A program made the position numbers and the translations under genes. The notes beneath the pieces were generated by a model, which did not search any database, was not told the DNA's origin, and saw only the letters and a program-made list of their open reading frames with translations. DNA of 63,142 bases, taken from positions 1 through 63,142 of IMG/VR virus record IMGVR_UViG_3300021085_000001; one strand, 5' to 3'. The DNA is from a virus (Duplodnaviria > Caudoviricetes). Of the stretch, positions 46,664-56,371 are shown one piece after another (position 1 is the first letter of the stretch; every line of letters starts with the position of its first letter).

Positions 46664-48415
46664 TTATCCGTCGCAGCTTAAACAATCTGGATCCATTGCA
46701 GCTGCCGCAATATCACCTCTTAATACTGATTCTGTTCTTGTGTAGTACAGTGTTTTAACACCACGCTTCCAAGCTTCCATATGTACTGTGTTCATCCATT
46801 TAGGAGTTGCTTCTGATGGAAATGCTAAATTCAAACTAACAGACTGGTCTATGTAGTCCTGTCGTATACCTGCTTGCTTAACTAGTTCTAACTGATTTAT
46901 CTCTTTAAATGTTTTGAATACGTTCTTTACTTTTTCGTAATCTTCCGCATGCTCTTGGGTAAGTCTTCCTGAGTGATCGTAAAACCATCCATCGAGTTCT
47001 TTAATGTCCTGAACGGATCCACCATCTGACATAATCTTGTCCCAAGTTTCTTTATTATCGATTCCAACTTTTCTTAATACTTTTTTAAGTTCTTTATTTT
47101 TTCTAATAAACGTACCTTTAGCTGATTGTTCTGTGAACACATTAGCAGCCCAAGGCTCAATACCTGGTGAAACGTTACCAGAAAGTTTTGAGTTAGATAC
47201 GGTTGGCGCTACAGCTCTTAAATGAGTGTTACGCATACCAGTACCAACACACCATAAAGGTTCTCCATAAACTTCAGCTAATTTTCTAGAAGCTCTTTCA
47301 GTTTCTATTTTTATCTTTGAGAATATCTCTCGGGTTTTGAACTGTGCCATTAACCCTTCGAAAGCGATCCCGTTCTTCTGAAGTAAGCTGTGCCAGCCCA
47401 ACACTCCTAATCCTAGGGCCCTTCCCTTTACAGCTGATCTCACAGAATTCTCGAATCCCCTCAGACCCTTCGCTCTCTGAATGAATTCTTCCAGGACACC
47501 GTCCAGGAACCAAGTCGCATCGTACACTAGATTTGTATCCTTCCATTCGTCGTATTTTTCTAAGTTTAATGATGATAAACAACAAACAAAACTGTGAGAC
47601 TCATCAGTATGAAGAGTAATCTCAGAGCAAATGTTTGTCATATGTACTTTTAATCCGTTCGCTTTGTAAGCTTCTGGATTAGCTTTGTTCGTGTTGCCTT
47701 TAAAGAGGATATATGGCTCACCAGTTGCTTTACGCTTTTGGATAAGTTTACTCCATTTTTGCCTTGCTTCTTGGTCTCCCGTTTCAAGCTTTCGCATAAA
47801 CTTATCGCCAACGACAGCACACTGATGTAAGTTAAGAGATTGCCTGTTGACGTCTCCTTTAGGTTCCCTAATTTCAATCCAATCGAGGAAGTCAGGGTGT
47901 TCAATATTGATATTAACTGATGCAGCTCCTCTTCTAACTGCACCTTGGTTTGTTGCGAGTATAGTTGAGTCGTAGATTTTGCAAAAAGGGACAACTCCGT
48001 CTGAAGTTCCATTACCTGTTATTCTGGCACCTGCGGGTCTAATCATATTAATACCTACTCCTACACCGCCGCCATGTTTAGCTAGGAGCATCATTTCTAA
48101 ATTTTTAGTTCCAATATCTGCTATAGAATCCGCAACATCAATACCGAAACAACTAATAGGCAAGCCACGATCAGTACCAGTATTACTCAGCACTGGACTA
48201 GCCAAACACAACCATCCTTTCCATATATAGTTAAAGAATACCTCCGCAAGCTCTGGTTTATATAATCTTCTTGCAACAGATTTTGAAACTCTTTCATATG
48301 CGTCTCTTGGTGTTTCTCCATCAAGCAAATATGACCCTCCAATAGTTTTTTTATAAACTTCAGTGTCTCCCCACTCTGGGTAGTCTTCACCTTTTTTCCA
48401 TGCACTATTCCACAT
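46664..48415 (-). CDS. nrdA: Class I ribonucleotide reductase alpha subunit, no ATP cone
   Basis: ASPVLSN, PISCF, GGGVG, TNICSEI, VCCLSS, APTVS, KTLYY, C-terminal CLSCDG. Confidence 0.95.
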   Translation of the reverse strand: MWNSAWKKGEDYPEWGDTEVYKKTIGGSYLLDGETPRDAYERVSKSVARRLYKPELAEVFFNYIWKGWLCLASPVLSNTGTDRGLPISCFGIDVADSIADIGTKNLEMMLLAKHGGGVGVGINMIRPAGARITGNGTSDGVVPFCKIYDSTILATNQGAVRRGAASVNINIEHPDFLDWIEIREPKGDVNRQSLNLHQCAVVGDKFMRKLETGDQEARQKWSKLIQKRKATGEPYILFKGNTNKANPEAYKANGLKVHMTNICSEITLHTDESHSFVCCLSSLNLEKYDEWKDTNLVYDATWFLDGVLEEFIQRAKGLRGFENSVRSAVKGRALGLGVLGWHSLLQKNGIAFEGLMAQFKTREIFSKIKIETERASRKLAEVYGEPLWCVGTGMRNTHLRAVAPTVSNSKLSGNVSPGIEPWAANVFTEQSAKGTFIRKNKELKKVLRKVGIDNKETWDKIMSDGGSVQDIKELDGWFYDHSGRLTQEHAEDYEKVKNVFKTFKEINQLELVKQAGIRQDYIDQSVSLNLAFPSEATPKWMNTVHMEAWKRGVKTLYYTRTESVLRGDIAAAAMDPDCLSCDG

Positions 48416-48578
48416 GCTCTAACTGCTTTTCGTTAAATATGTGTAACATACCATTATAATTCATTTCTCCAACTATACGTGTATCTCCGCCTGTTGTTTT
48501 AAAAATAGACACTATGGTAGCTGGAAATTTATACCCTTTAGGTTTATAAACTTTGTCTCCTATTTTAAATTTATCCAT
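48405..48578 (-). CDS. DfrB/R67-like SH3-fold protein, putative type II dihydrofolate reductase, 57 aa (not in ORF track)
   Basis: MDKFKIGDKVYKPKGYKFPATIVSIFKTTGGDTRIVGEMNYNGMLHIFNEKQLEHVE aligns by eye to the R67 core (FGMGDRVRKKSG...GQIVGWY...GSVQIYP..LE); overlaps both neighbours. Confidence 0.65.
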   Translation of the reverse strand: MDKFKIGDKVYKPKGYKFPATIVSIFKTTGGDTRIVGEMNYNGMLHIFNEKQLEHVE

Positions 48579-48933
48579 TTGTCATTAAATATATTATGTA
48601 ACCAATTGTTACGTTGAAATTAACCATTACTAGGTTCCATTGTTTTGCAACCCAAACTTGCGGTGTTGAAACAATACCACCTATTATATAAGTAATAGCA
48701 CCAATATTACCATAAGGCAAAAGATATGGAGATACCATTATAAAAGCTGTTCCCATATACCCTAACCTATTTGCAATACGTTCTTTAGCGCTAAGTCTTC
48801 TGTCTTGCACTAATAATCTTAAAAAGCTTTTCTTCCATCTAAATTCACACTTAGAGCAAGTTTTCTTTCCGTCATGTTTAAATTTAGAATTGCTTTTCTT
48901 TTTCTTACAAATATTACACTCTCTCATTACCAC
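48571..48933 (-). CDS. Zinc-ribbon plus small membrane domain protein
   Basis: CxxC...CxxC then three hydrophobic segments with STPQVW. Confidence 0.55.
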   Translation of the reverse strand: MVMRECNICKKKKSNSKFKHDGKKTCSKCEFRWKKSFLRLLVQDRRLSAKERIANRLGYMGTAFIMVSPYLLPYGNIGAITYIIGGIVSTPQVWVAKQWNLVMVNFNVTIGYIIYLMTNG

Positions 48934-49895
48934 ATATCTTCAAAATCTTCTCCTTCACCTGCTTTGGAATAATCAGTAGGACGAACAGCAAAAAAATCAG
49001 TATGGGTAACCCCACCAGTAAGATGGTAGAACCAGTCGAGGTTGTTTGCTCCTGCTTCATCAAATGCAAAGTATTGCCCGAGGTCGAGGTAACCGAGTTC
49101 TGATAGTTTTTCATTTAATCTTTTTCTAATAAACTGTTTTAAATCGTATGCTTTAATGCCTTCAATGTCTCCCATCTCAAACATCTTATCTATGTACTTT
49201 TCTTCAGCCGTGAGCATTGTTTTAGCGGCTTCTAAGACATCTTCTCTGCACCCCTCTAATAATGTATCATCTTCTTCGCACATATGTCTAAAAAGCTGAC
49301 AACCCATTTTAGAATGAAGAGACTCATCTCTCACAGACCACTTCATTTGTTGCCCAATACCTTTAAGTAAATTACGTAACTGAAAAGAATACAATACAGC
49401 AAAAGCACTATATAACGATACACCTTCAGCGAAAGCTGAGAAAATGGCCAAGGAGCGGCCAATAGACCTGGGGTTATTATCAGTAGTAGCAACAAGATTA
49501 TCAAATCTCTCAGATGTCGCAGGTTCGTGTAAAAACGCTTCATAATCTTCTAAGCCTAATGTTTCATTTAAATAACTATAAGCTACAGCATGAATAGTTT
49601 CTTGCGAGCCAAACATCATAGCCATCTGTTGTATCTCATGCTTAGGAAACCAACCAACAACTTTTTGCGTCCAATAATCAGAAACAGCACACTCTGTTTG
49701 CGCAAATCCTAATAATATATTACCTACTAAATGTTTTTCTTTTTCTGTTAGCTTTTCGTTCCAATCCTTTAGGTCACCTGACATAGGTATTTCGGTGTGT
49801 AACCAGAATGCTTGAGCCTGTTTAAGCCATCCCTCAGTATAGTACTCTGGGTATTCGAACGGCTTATATGCAATTCTTTCATCAAATAATCCCAT
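48927..49895 (-). CDS. nrdB: Class I ribonucleotide reductase beta subunit
   Basis: YKPFEYP, ETIHAVAYS, AEGVSLYS, RDESLH, TDFF...Y. Confidence 0.95.
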   Translation of the reverse strand: MGLFDERIAYKPFEYPEYYTEGWLKQAQAFWLHTEIPMSGDLKDWNEKLTEKEKHLVGNILLGFAQTECAVSDYWTQKVVGWFPKHEIQQMAMMFGSQETIHAVAYSYLNETLGLEDYEAFLHEPATSERFDNLVATTDNNPRSIGRSLAIFSAFAEGVSLYSAFAVLYSFQLRNLLKGIGQQMKWSVRDESLHSKMGCQLFRHMCEEDDTLLEGCREDVLEAAKTMLTAEEKYIDKMFEMGDIEGIKAYDLKQFIRKRLNEKLSELGYLDLGQYFAFDEAGANNLDWFYHLTGGVTHTDFFAVRPTDYSKAGEGEDFEDMW

Positions 49896-50111
49896 TTATA
49901 AATCTAATTTAGTTTCTTCTTCTTTTTTATTTTCCATCGCTTTAGCTTTAAGTTTTTCCACTGTTTCTTCATACTCTGGAAGCATCTGTATGAAAGCAAA
50001 CAATCCGCCAACTCTATCGTCAAGCATTCTTAATTCTTTTATCAATTGCTCAGATATGACTTTTAATTGACCCACTCTTCCAGCTAATTCATTTCTTGTT
50101 GGTGTGCTCAT
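49896..50111 (-). CDS. Hypothetical protein
   Basis: 71-aa ORF in operon orientation. Confidence 0.6.
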   Translation of the reverse strand: MSTPTRNELAGRVGQLKVISEQLIKELRMLDDRVGGLFAFIQMLPEYEETVEKLKAKAMENKKEEETKLDL

Positions 50112-50249
50112 TTTAATATATTTTTACTTAATATCAGAGGACTTTCATCCTTTTTTGTTTTTATTTGATAGTGAGACTCAAATTCTTCTATAATTAATTT
50201 TTTATCTCCAAATAACTTTTTGTAATTTTTTCTTACGTATTCTTCTATA

Positions 50250-50390
50250 CTATTCATTTTCATAAACTGTTAAACACATTTCTATAAACGGTATGTATAG
50301 CACATGCTCTGTTTGCTTTTCGTTCATGTAAGTTCTAATTCCCAACAATACTCCCGGATATAAGCCTAGTTCTAGTTGCCACGATTTCAT
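50250..50390 (-). CDS. Small hypothetical protein, 46 aa (not in ORF track)
   Basis: MKSWQLELGLYPGVLLGIRTY...HVLYIPFIE. Confidence 0.55.
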   Translation of the reverse strand: MKSWQLELGLYPGVLLGIRTYMNEKQTEHVLYIPFIEMCLTVYENE

Positions 50391-50581
50391 TGGTTCTGTT
50401 CCTTTAAGTAGTAATTCAACATTTTCATATGGAAATTAATCCGCTCTTCATGATAACTATCCAATGTAAAATCCATGTCGTCTTCCAATTTTTTCAAGTT
50501 CTCTTGAGCTGAGCTCTGCGTTTTCTCTAATGTATCTTTTAACATCTTTTTCTAATTTGCGTCTTTTGTAATGTAAGGAGG

Positions 50582-51028
50582 CTATTTTTTTCTTTTTTCT
50601 TTGATCATCTGTATCATCATATCCACGTCCTTCTGATTTTGCGGCTTGTAGCACGTCCTTCCATCCTTGTTTTTGTTCAGCCATAGTTTAAAAAGTTTCC
50701 ATCTTAAAGGGAAAGACTCATTAGCCCTTCCCTTACATTCTATTATATAGTCTTTGCCTGTGAAGTCAGGTGTATACTTAATTCCCAGTATTTTCTTTTG
50801 CCCTCGGTTAGTAAAATCACCTTTCCCGTTGGCTTGCTTTTCGTAAGCTTCATTCTCAAAACTAAATCCCTCGACCAACTGGAAAACTTCACCTTCATAT
50901 TCTTCAAATAATTTTTCTTTTTTAAGAGCTATATATGTATACTTTTCTAATCCTGATGCAAAATTAATACCGTCAAGTGTTGTTTTCTTAGCTACAACCG
51001 GGCCACGCTTTTTGCTTCTTCTTCTCAT
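50582..51028 (-). CDS. T7 endonuclease I-like Holliday junction resolvase
   Basis: FASGLE...YTPDF...IIECKG. Confidence 0.85.
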   Translation of the reverse strand: MRRRSKKRGPVVAKKTTLDGINFASGLEKYTYIALKKEKLFEEYEGEVFQLVEGFSFENEAYEKQANGKGDFTNRGQKKILGIKYTPDFTGKDYIIECKGRANESFPLRWKLFKLWLNKNKDGRTCYKPQNQKDVDMMIQMIKEKRKK

Positions 51029-51372
51029 TATTTTACATTTGTATATGTTACATTAATATCTCCAGGGTACATAGTTGTTGTAGTTGTACCTAATGAATCA
51101 GGTGGACCAGGGTCTGGTGTAGACGCTATAGTATCTTCTTCAAGATAGTCTTTAAGTATCTTATCGGCTAATACGTCAGTGACTTCATTTTTTAGTTTTT
51201 CAATATAGTTAGCAGCATCAAGTAGTTCTTCTTGTAAATGATTAAGCCATTTGTGTAAACCAGGCTCATCATCGTGAAGCGTTACACCATATTTTTTGTA
51301 ACCTACAGAGCTACGCTCGTCTAATCTTTTGATTACTTGTTTTACTATTTGATCTTGTGTAGTTATCTTCAT
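51028..51372 (-). CDS. Hypothetical protein, possible all-alpha NTP pyrophosphatase-like
   Basis: GYKKYGVTL...HLQEELLDAANY. Confidence 0.45.
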   Translation of the reverse strand: MKITTQDQIVKQVIKRLDERSSVGYKKYGVTLHDDEPGLHKWLNHLQEELLDAANYIEKLKNEVTDVLADKILKDYLEEDTIASTPDPGPPDSLGTTTTTMYPGDINVTYTNVK

Positions 51373-52178
51373 TAATTATTTTTTACGAAAGTTCCGTTAA
51401 TCATTTTACCTTTACGTGTTGAAATCTCTCCATACGCAGACTCAATACAATCTTCTATAGTAAATCCTTCTAAGTGTGCTAAGTTAGTTAAAACAACTAT
51501 CATATCACCTATAGCGTCCTTTATTTCAGGTTTATCATCTTTAAGTAAAGCTTGAGCCAGTTCACCTGCTTCTTCTAGCAGTTTTATATATTGAACACGA
51601 CCATTACCTTTAGCATACAAACCTCTTTCTTCAGCCCAAGTTCTTATTAGATCAAACATAACATATTCATATGTTGTTCGATCTTTCATTAGAGTTCCCC
51701 TAGCTGGTTCTTTGAACTCTTTAGCTTCTGCCATTGCTTTGTTATAAATATAACAGGTTTTAGGACCAAACTGACTAGCATGTACATTAGATATAACCCA
51801 CTCAATTTTAGTCTCATTGTCCAAGACATATTCTCCATAACTATTTTTTATTACTATATCTTGCAGAAAGCTAGCATCTATATCTTTTTTAGATATTTTA
51901 AATGTGGTTGTAGCTTCAGAAGATGTACATTTGTTCATACTTTTTTGCTTTTTAAATAAATCTTTATATAACTGCCTATCTACTTTGTAACCCAAGTCTT
52001 TCTGTAGAACACGTTCAGCGTTTGAGGCTTCAACAATATCATTGCTTTGAAACAATATCTCATACTCTCCTTCTTTATAACCTTGCGTCTCAACAACTCT
52101 TTTTTGTATATCCGTTGTACACCCAACTTTTATGCCTGGTATATGATATACTTTGTATTTACCTGTTGGAATTTGCAT
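51372..52178 (-). CDS. mazG: MazG-like nucleotide pyrophosphohydrolase with N-terminal GIY-YIG-like segment
   Basis: C-terminal WAEERGL...KLLEEAGELA...DAIGD; N-terminal YKVYH...KVGCTTDIQKR. Confidence 0.8.
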   Translation of the reverse strand: MQIPTGKYKVYHIPGIKVGCTTDIQKRVVETQGYKEGEYEILFQSNDIVEASNAERVLQKDLGYKVDRQLYKDLFKKQKSMNKCTSSEATTTFKISKKDIDASFLQDIVIKNSYGEYVLDNETKIEWVISNVHASQFGPKTCYIYNKAMAEAKEFKEPARGTLMKDRTTYEYVMFDLIRTWAEERGLYAKGNGRVQYIKLLEEAGELAQALLKDDKPEIKDAIGDMIVVLTNLAHLEGFTIEDCIESAYGEISTRKGKMINGTFVKNN

Positions 52179-52261
52179 ATCTTTTTTTTATTTTTTCTAT
52201 TATTTCTAGACTCTCCTTGTTTAAAAACTGACCCATATAGTTGTTTTTAGTAAACCATAGT

Positions 52262-53092
52262 TTAATTTCCGACGTTGAGGTCTGCTTTGATTGGTGGGTG
52301 TGGTTCATATCCTGCTATATTAATCATTTCATGCGTTGGTATTCTTAAAAATCTTCCGGCCCCCTCAACAATATCCAATCCCCAATCGACGCTAACATTA
52401 GGAAGTTTCCTAAAATCACGGGACAACTGTTCTTTAGCTTGATCGATATGATTGTTGTAGAGATGACAATCACCAAGAGACGCAATAAGTTGCCCAGGTA
52501 CATAACCAGTACCTTTTGCGAGCATAAGTAAAAGTAACCCATACATTGCAAAATCATAAGGAAGACCAAGAAATACATCGGCTGATCGCTGATTCCACAT
52601 AAGATCCATTTTTCCATCATTTATATATATTTGAAAACCATAATGGCATGGAGGCAAAGCCATATCATCAATATCAGATGCGTTCCAAGCGTTAACAATA
52701 AGGCGGCGACTGGACGGATTGTTTTTGATTTCACGAATAAGTTTTGTAATCTGGTCAACACCATTAAAGTTCCTCCACTGAACACCGTAAACAGGACCAA
52801 GAGTCCCATCTGTTCTACCGGACCGTTCATAATCCGCATTCCAGTAATTAAGCCCATTATCATTAAGATACCCAATATCAGATCGTCCTTGAAGTATCCA
52901 TAGTATTTCTGTAACTGCATGATTAAAATATATTTTTTTAGTTGTTAATAAAGGAAATCCTGCTGACATATCATGCCGTAGTATTCTTCCAAAGACTGAT
53001 CGCGTCCCAACGCCTGTTCTATCCTCTTTTTGTTTTCCTCCGTAGACAAGTGATGATAGTAATCCTCTATACTCTTCTTGTACATTATTCAT
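52262..53092 (-). CDS. thyA: Thymidylate synthase
   Basis: DRTGVGT, FPLLTTKK, LGPVYG.QWR, MALPPCH, QRSAD.FLGLP, DCHLY.NH. Confidence 0.97.
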   Translation of the reverse strand: MNNVQEEYRGLLSSLVYGGKQKEDRTGVGTRSVFGRILRHDMSAGFPLLTTKKIYFNHAVTEILWILQGRSDIGYLNDNGLNYWNADYERSGRTDGTLGPVYGVQWRNFNGVDQITKLIREIKNNPSSRRLIVNAWNASDIDDMALPPCHYGFQIYINDGKMDLMWNQRSADVFLGLPYDFAMYGLLLLMLAKGTGYVPGQLIASLGDCHLYNNHIDQAKEQLSRDFRKLPNVSVDWGLDIVEGAGRFLRIPTHEMINIAGYEPHPPIKADLNVGN

Positions 53093-53369
53093 TTTTTTTA
53101 TCGTAATAATATTTCATTGTGTTAAATACTTCTTGCCAAATGTTATCTTTAATATAAACACTTGGTGTCTTATAAACTTTACGGTAATTAGGCATAAAAG
53201 AAACAGCTATTCTCCACTCTTCAGGATACATTCCTTTAGAGGTAGGCTCTGGCGCAATTATTATACCGTTGTTTATACAAAATTTCTGCCACTTCAACTC
53301 TTCTTGATTAGCTACAAAGCCCGTGTTTAATCCTACGTAGTTTTTAGGCGGTTTTGATTTCCACGCCAT
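53085..53369 (-). CDS. Hypothetical protein
   Basis: 94-aa ORF coupled to both neighbours. Confidence 0.6.
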   Translation of the reverse strand: MAWKSKPPKNYVGLNTGFVANQEELKWQKFCINNGIIIAPEPTSKGMYPEEWRIAVSFMPNYRKVYKTPSVYIKDNIWQEVFNTMKYYYDKKNE

Positions 53370-55072
53370 TATTCCCAGGGTAGATTATGATCAGTAGGAT
53401 CCGCTACAGGCATGTAATCACCTGATGCATGGTTCCATTTGAAATGAGCTTCAGCTTGATTCTCACCTAAGTTTTGAAACTTAACTTTGAGAACTTTAAC
53501 TTTAACTGTATTGTTAGCATAATTCCTGTGAACTAATAAACCGTGATAACTAGCATCATACCATTCACCACCACCTTTAATGTTATACATTGTAGGCTCG
53601 TCCATAGTACCGTCGTCTTTCTTATACATTTTAGTAGGGTGTGCTACTATAACAACAAGAACATCATATTTTTTAGCAAACGTTTCAATTCGTGCTAAAT
53701 ATTCCATTGTTGCATCTGTTATAGACATATCACCTGCACCTTTCATTTTAACTTTATTGAAAGGATCAATTACTAAACATTTAATACCTTTACGTTTAAC
53801 AAGCTCAGCACCTTTTTTAAGTACTGCATCAAGATCATAACGTTCAGACTCTATAAAATAAAAGTTATCGTTAACTATATCAAAACAATCATTCCACTTC
53901 TTACTGCCTAAATCTTCTGTCTTAGGCATCCAACCACCAATTTTACGTATTAACTTATGTGCGTGTAAGAATGTAGGTTTGTTTTCTGGAGAAGCAAATG
54001 CTGTTTTCCAACCATATTTCATTTGGTAACCGACAGCCATTCTATCAACAAAGTCAGACTTACCACTACTAGGTACTCCTGTGACAGTAATGAACTGCCC
54101 TGTGTAAGTACTAAATATGTTATCGAAGTTATCAAGACCGACTTGGTAACCTGGTTTAAAACCTTCGTGAATAAATTCTTCAAGTTCATCATTTATATCG
54201 TTTACAGTTACTACATTTTCAAGAGGTACAGCTTTGGCATTATGTATAGCATCAATAACAGCGTTCCGCCCGTCAGCCATAAGCATATCATTAGCATCTT
54301 TGTGAACACCGAAATCTGCCATCCAGCATACTTCCGCGCCAAACCTACGTATAAGCTCTTGTTGAAGGTTTTGACCAGCTTCATCAGAGTCTGTGGCGAG
54401 TATGATTTTTTGTTTATCCTCGAAATATTCAATACAGTTATCAAGATAATCAAGGTTGAGGCGATTAAGAGTAGCCCCGTTGGGTACAGATACCACATTA
54501 GTGATCCCAACATCATAAAGAGAGAGGGCATCCATTTCACCTTCCACAATAACACACCAATCATGGCCAACAATGTTATTGATGTTGTAAAATACTTTTT
54601 CTGCTCCTTTAACAAGTTTGAAATTTTTTCTACCATCTCTAAATTTTGTGTTTATTAATTGATCGTTAATGAAATAATTAAACTGAATTGTATTAACACT
54701 ACTGCTAGTTTGCGGCATCCACTCGGGACCCTCACTAACTTTTAAAGCAGTGAGAGTCTTTTGTGAAATACCACGATTTTCAAACCATTTGATTGCCGCA
54801 TCGCTAAGTTGAGTATTGTTTTTCCATTCAGGCAAAACATATTCTTTATTGCTACCTCCTTTGCGTTCAAATGTATGTAGTTGAAATACTTGGTCACAAT
54901 TCATACAAGTACCGAGACCACGATCCCAATCATACATAGCGCATTTCGCTTTTCTATTCTCGGGTTTCCTATCAGCTGAACATAAAGGACAAACTCCTTC
55001 TTTTTTTCCAGCTTGTAAGTCGTACTGATTGAAAGTTTCAATCTTGTAGCCATTGATCTCTGTTGTGTTCAT
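53369..55072 (-). CDS. T7 gp4/Twinkle-like primase-helicase
   Basis: CPLC...CMNC zinc finger, TOPRIM VEGEMD and DSDEAG, Walker A GVPSSGKS, LVIDP, VAHP. Confidence 0.93.
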   Translation of the reverse strand: MNTTEINGYKIETFNQYDLQAGKKEGVCPLCSADRKPENRKAKCAMYDWDRGLGTCMNCDQVFQLHTFERKGGSNKEYVLPEWKNNTQLSDAAIKWFENRGISQKTLTALKVSEGPEWMPQTSSSVNTIQFNYFINDQLINTKFRDGRKNFKLVKGAEKVFYNINNIVGHDWCVIVEGEMDALSLYDVGITNVVSVPNGATLNRLNLDYLDNCIEYFEDKQKIILATDSDEAGQNLQQELIRRFGAEVCWMADFGVHKDANDMLMADGRNAVIDAIHNAKAVPLENVVTVNDINDELEEFIHEGFKPGYQVGLDNFDNIFSTYTGQFITVTGVPSSGKSDFVDRMAVGYQMKYGWKTAFASPENKPTFLHAHKLIRKIGGWMPKTEDLGSKKWNDCFDIVNDNFYFIESERYDLDAVLKKGAELVKRKGIKCLVIDPFNKVKMKGAGDMSITDATMEYLARIETFAKKYDVLVVIVAHPTKMYKKDDGTMDEPTMYNIKGGGEWYDASYHGLLVHRNYANNTVKVKVLKVKFQNLGENQAEAHFKWNHASGDYMPVADPTDHNLPWE

Positions 55073-55134
55073 ACTAGTCTTCTAAAGTGTTACCGTCTCC
55101 ACTATCGGAGATCCAATCATCATAGTCTCTCATA

Positions 55135-55458
55135 TTAAAATGGTAGGTCTGGTTCAGATGCTGCAGCTTGTGCAGGAGAGTAACCTTGTTGAGGTTGACC
55201 TCCACCTTCACGTGGTGCTGGTTCAACATTTTGGCCGTTACTCCATACTACTTTTACATTACCTAAATAAGACTTCGGCAATTTTGCGTCTCGTTCTTCT
55301 TTAGTTTGTTCCGTTTGTATATAACCTGAGTCGCCATATTGGCCGAGTTCATCGTTAAGTACAATAGTAATTGGATAATACTTACCTTTTTTACCTTCAT
55401 AGATTTTACCTTTTTCAATCTTTGTTAGGTCAATGTTTGCTGAAATAATACTAGCCAT
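55135..55458 (-). CDS. Putative single-stranded DNA-binding protein
   Basis: Short beta-rich protein, YLGN motif, C-terminal DLPF tail. Confidence 0.7.
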   Translation of the reverse strand: MASIISANIDLTKIEKGKIYEGKKGKYYPITIVLNDELGQYGDSGYIQTEQTKEERDAKLPKSYLGNVKVVWSNGQNVEPAPREGGGQPQQGYSPAQAAASEPDLPF

Positions 55459-55461
55459 AAT

Positions 55462-55629
55462 TTAATAAGTAGATAATTGATTAAACATTCTGCGTAATTG
55501 TTCTTTGTTAGCTCCTGTAGATCTTCTCAAGTTATCTACTGCTTTTGTGTGTGATTGTTTTGAATAAAAATTCTTTTCACTTGTTGTTACTCCTGTAACG
55601 TCGCACGTTCTTTTTCGTGTTCTTGCCAT
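55462..55629 (-). CDS. Small basic hypothetical protein
   Basis: Likely start MARTRKRTCDVTG at 55629. Confidence 0.55.
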   Translation of the reverse strand: MARTRKRTCDVTGVTTSEKNFYSKQSHTKAVDNLRRSTGANKEQLRRMFNQLSTY

Positions 55630-55639
55630 AATATAAAAT

Positions 55640-56371
55640 TTAAAGGGTTTTCGAAATATAATGTTGGCTAAAATCGCCATCGCCATTGACAAAGTATTCT
55701 TCATAGACTTGTACTGCATTTGAAACTTTATTCATTCCAGACTGAATAAATCTATCACTGCAATCAAACAAACCTAATTGATGAGTTTTCTTATCAACGA
55801 CTATAAATACTAAATCATATCCAAACATTTGTGAATATATATAAGCTTGACTGTCATAGTTAAATCTATATGCTGAATTAGTAAACTTTGTAATGTCACC
55901 TGTTGTTTTTAAATCTATAACCAGTTGGTGAGTATGGTTAACGATATCAGCTTTACCTTTCCACGTCATGCCCTCGAGCTCTACTAAGCCAGGTACTTCG
56001 TATTCAACATTGCCTTCTTGTATTAAGTCCCTGAATAATTCATTACCTAACACAGCCTCACGCATTAATTCAATTTCATCTGCTTCTTTTTCTAGAAGAC
56101 AAATATCACTGCCACTTACTTCTTTGTAAGCTTTAGTGTTCCGTGTAGACGCTTTAACAATTTTGTACTTTTCAAGCTTATGAGGCTCAAGGATGCATGT
56201 GTGAAAATATCCGCCTATAACCATCGCTGTAGTAGGTGGGGACTGCTTCTTGAAATCAAGAGGATTATTTAAAAGTGCCATGATGTCACTATTACTTAAA
56301 TACGTTTTACCAAAATCTCCGTAATAGTTTTCGTCATCACGCAACTTTTCTAATATCTCTTGTTTATCCAT
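55640..56371 (-). CDS. PD-(D/E)XK exonuclease (RecE/exonuclease VIII-like)
   Basis: LSNS, G..FH..ILEP, KGKAD, IDLKTT, Y..QAYIY. Confidence 0.85.
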   Translation of the reverse strand: MDKQEILEKLRDDENYYGDFGKTYLSNSDIMALLNNPLDFKKQSPPTTAMVIGGYFHTCILEPHKLEKYKIVKASTRNTKAYKEVSGSDICLLEKEADEIELMREAVLGNELFRDLIQEGNVEYEVPGLVELEGMTWKGKADIVNHTHQLVIDLKTTGDITKFTNSAYRFNYDSQAYIYSQMFGYDLVFIVVDKKTHQLGLFDCSDRFIQSGMNKVSNAVQVYEEYFVNGDGDFSQHYISKTL

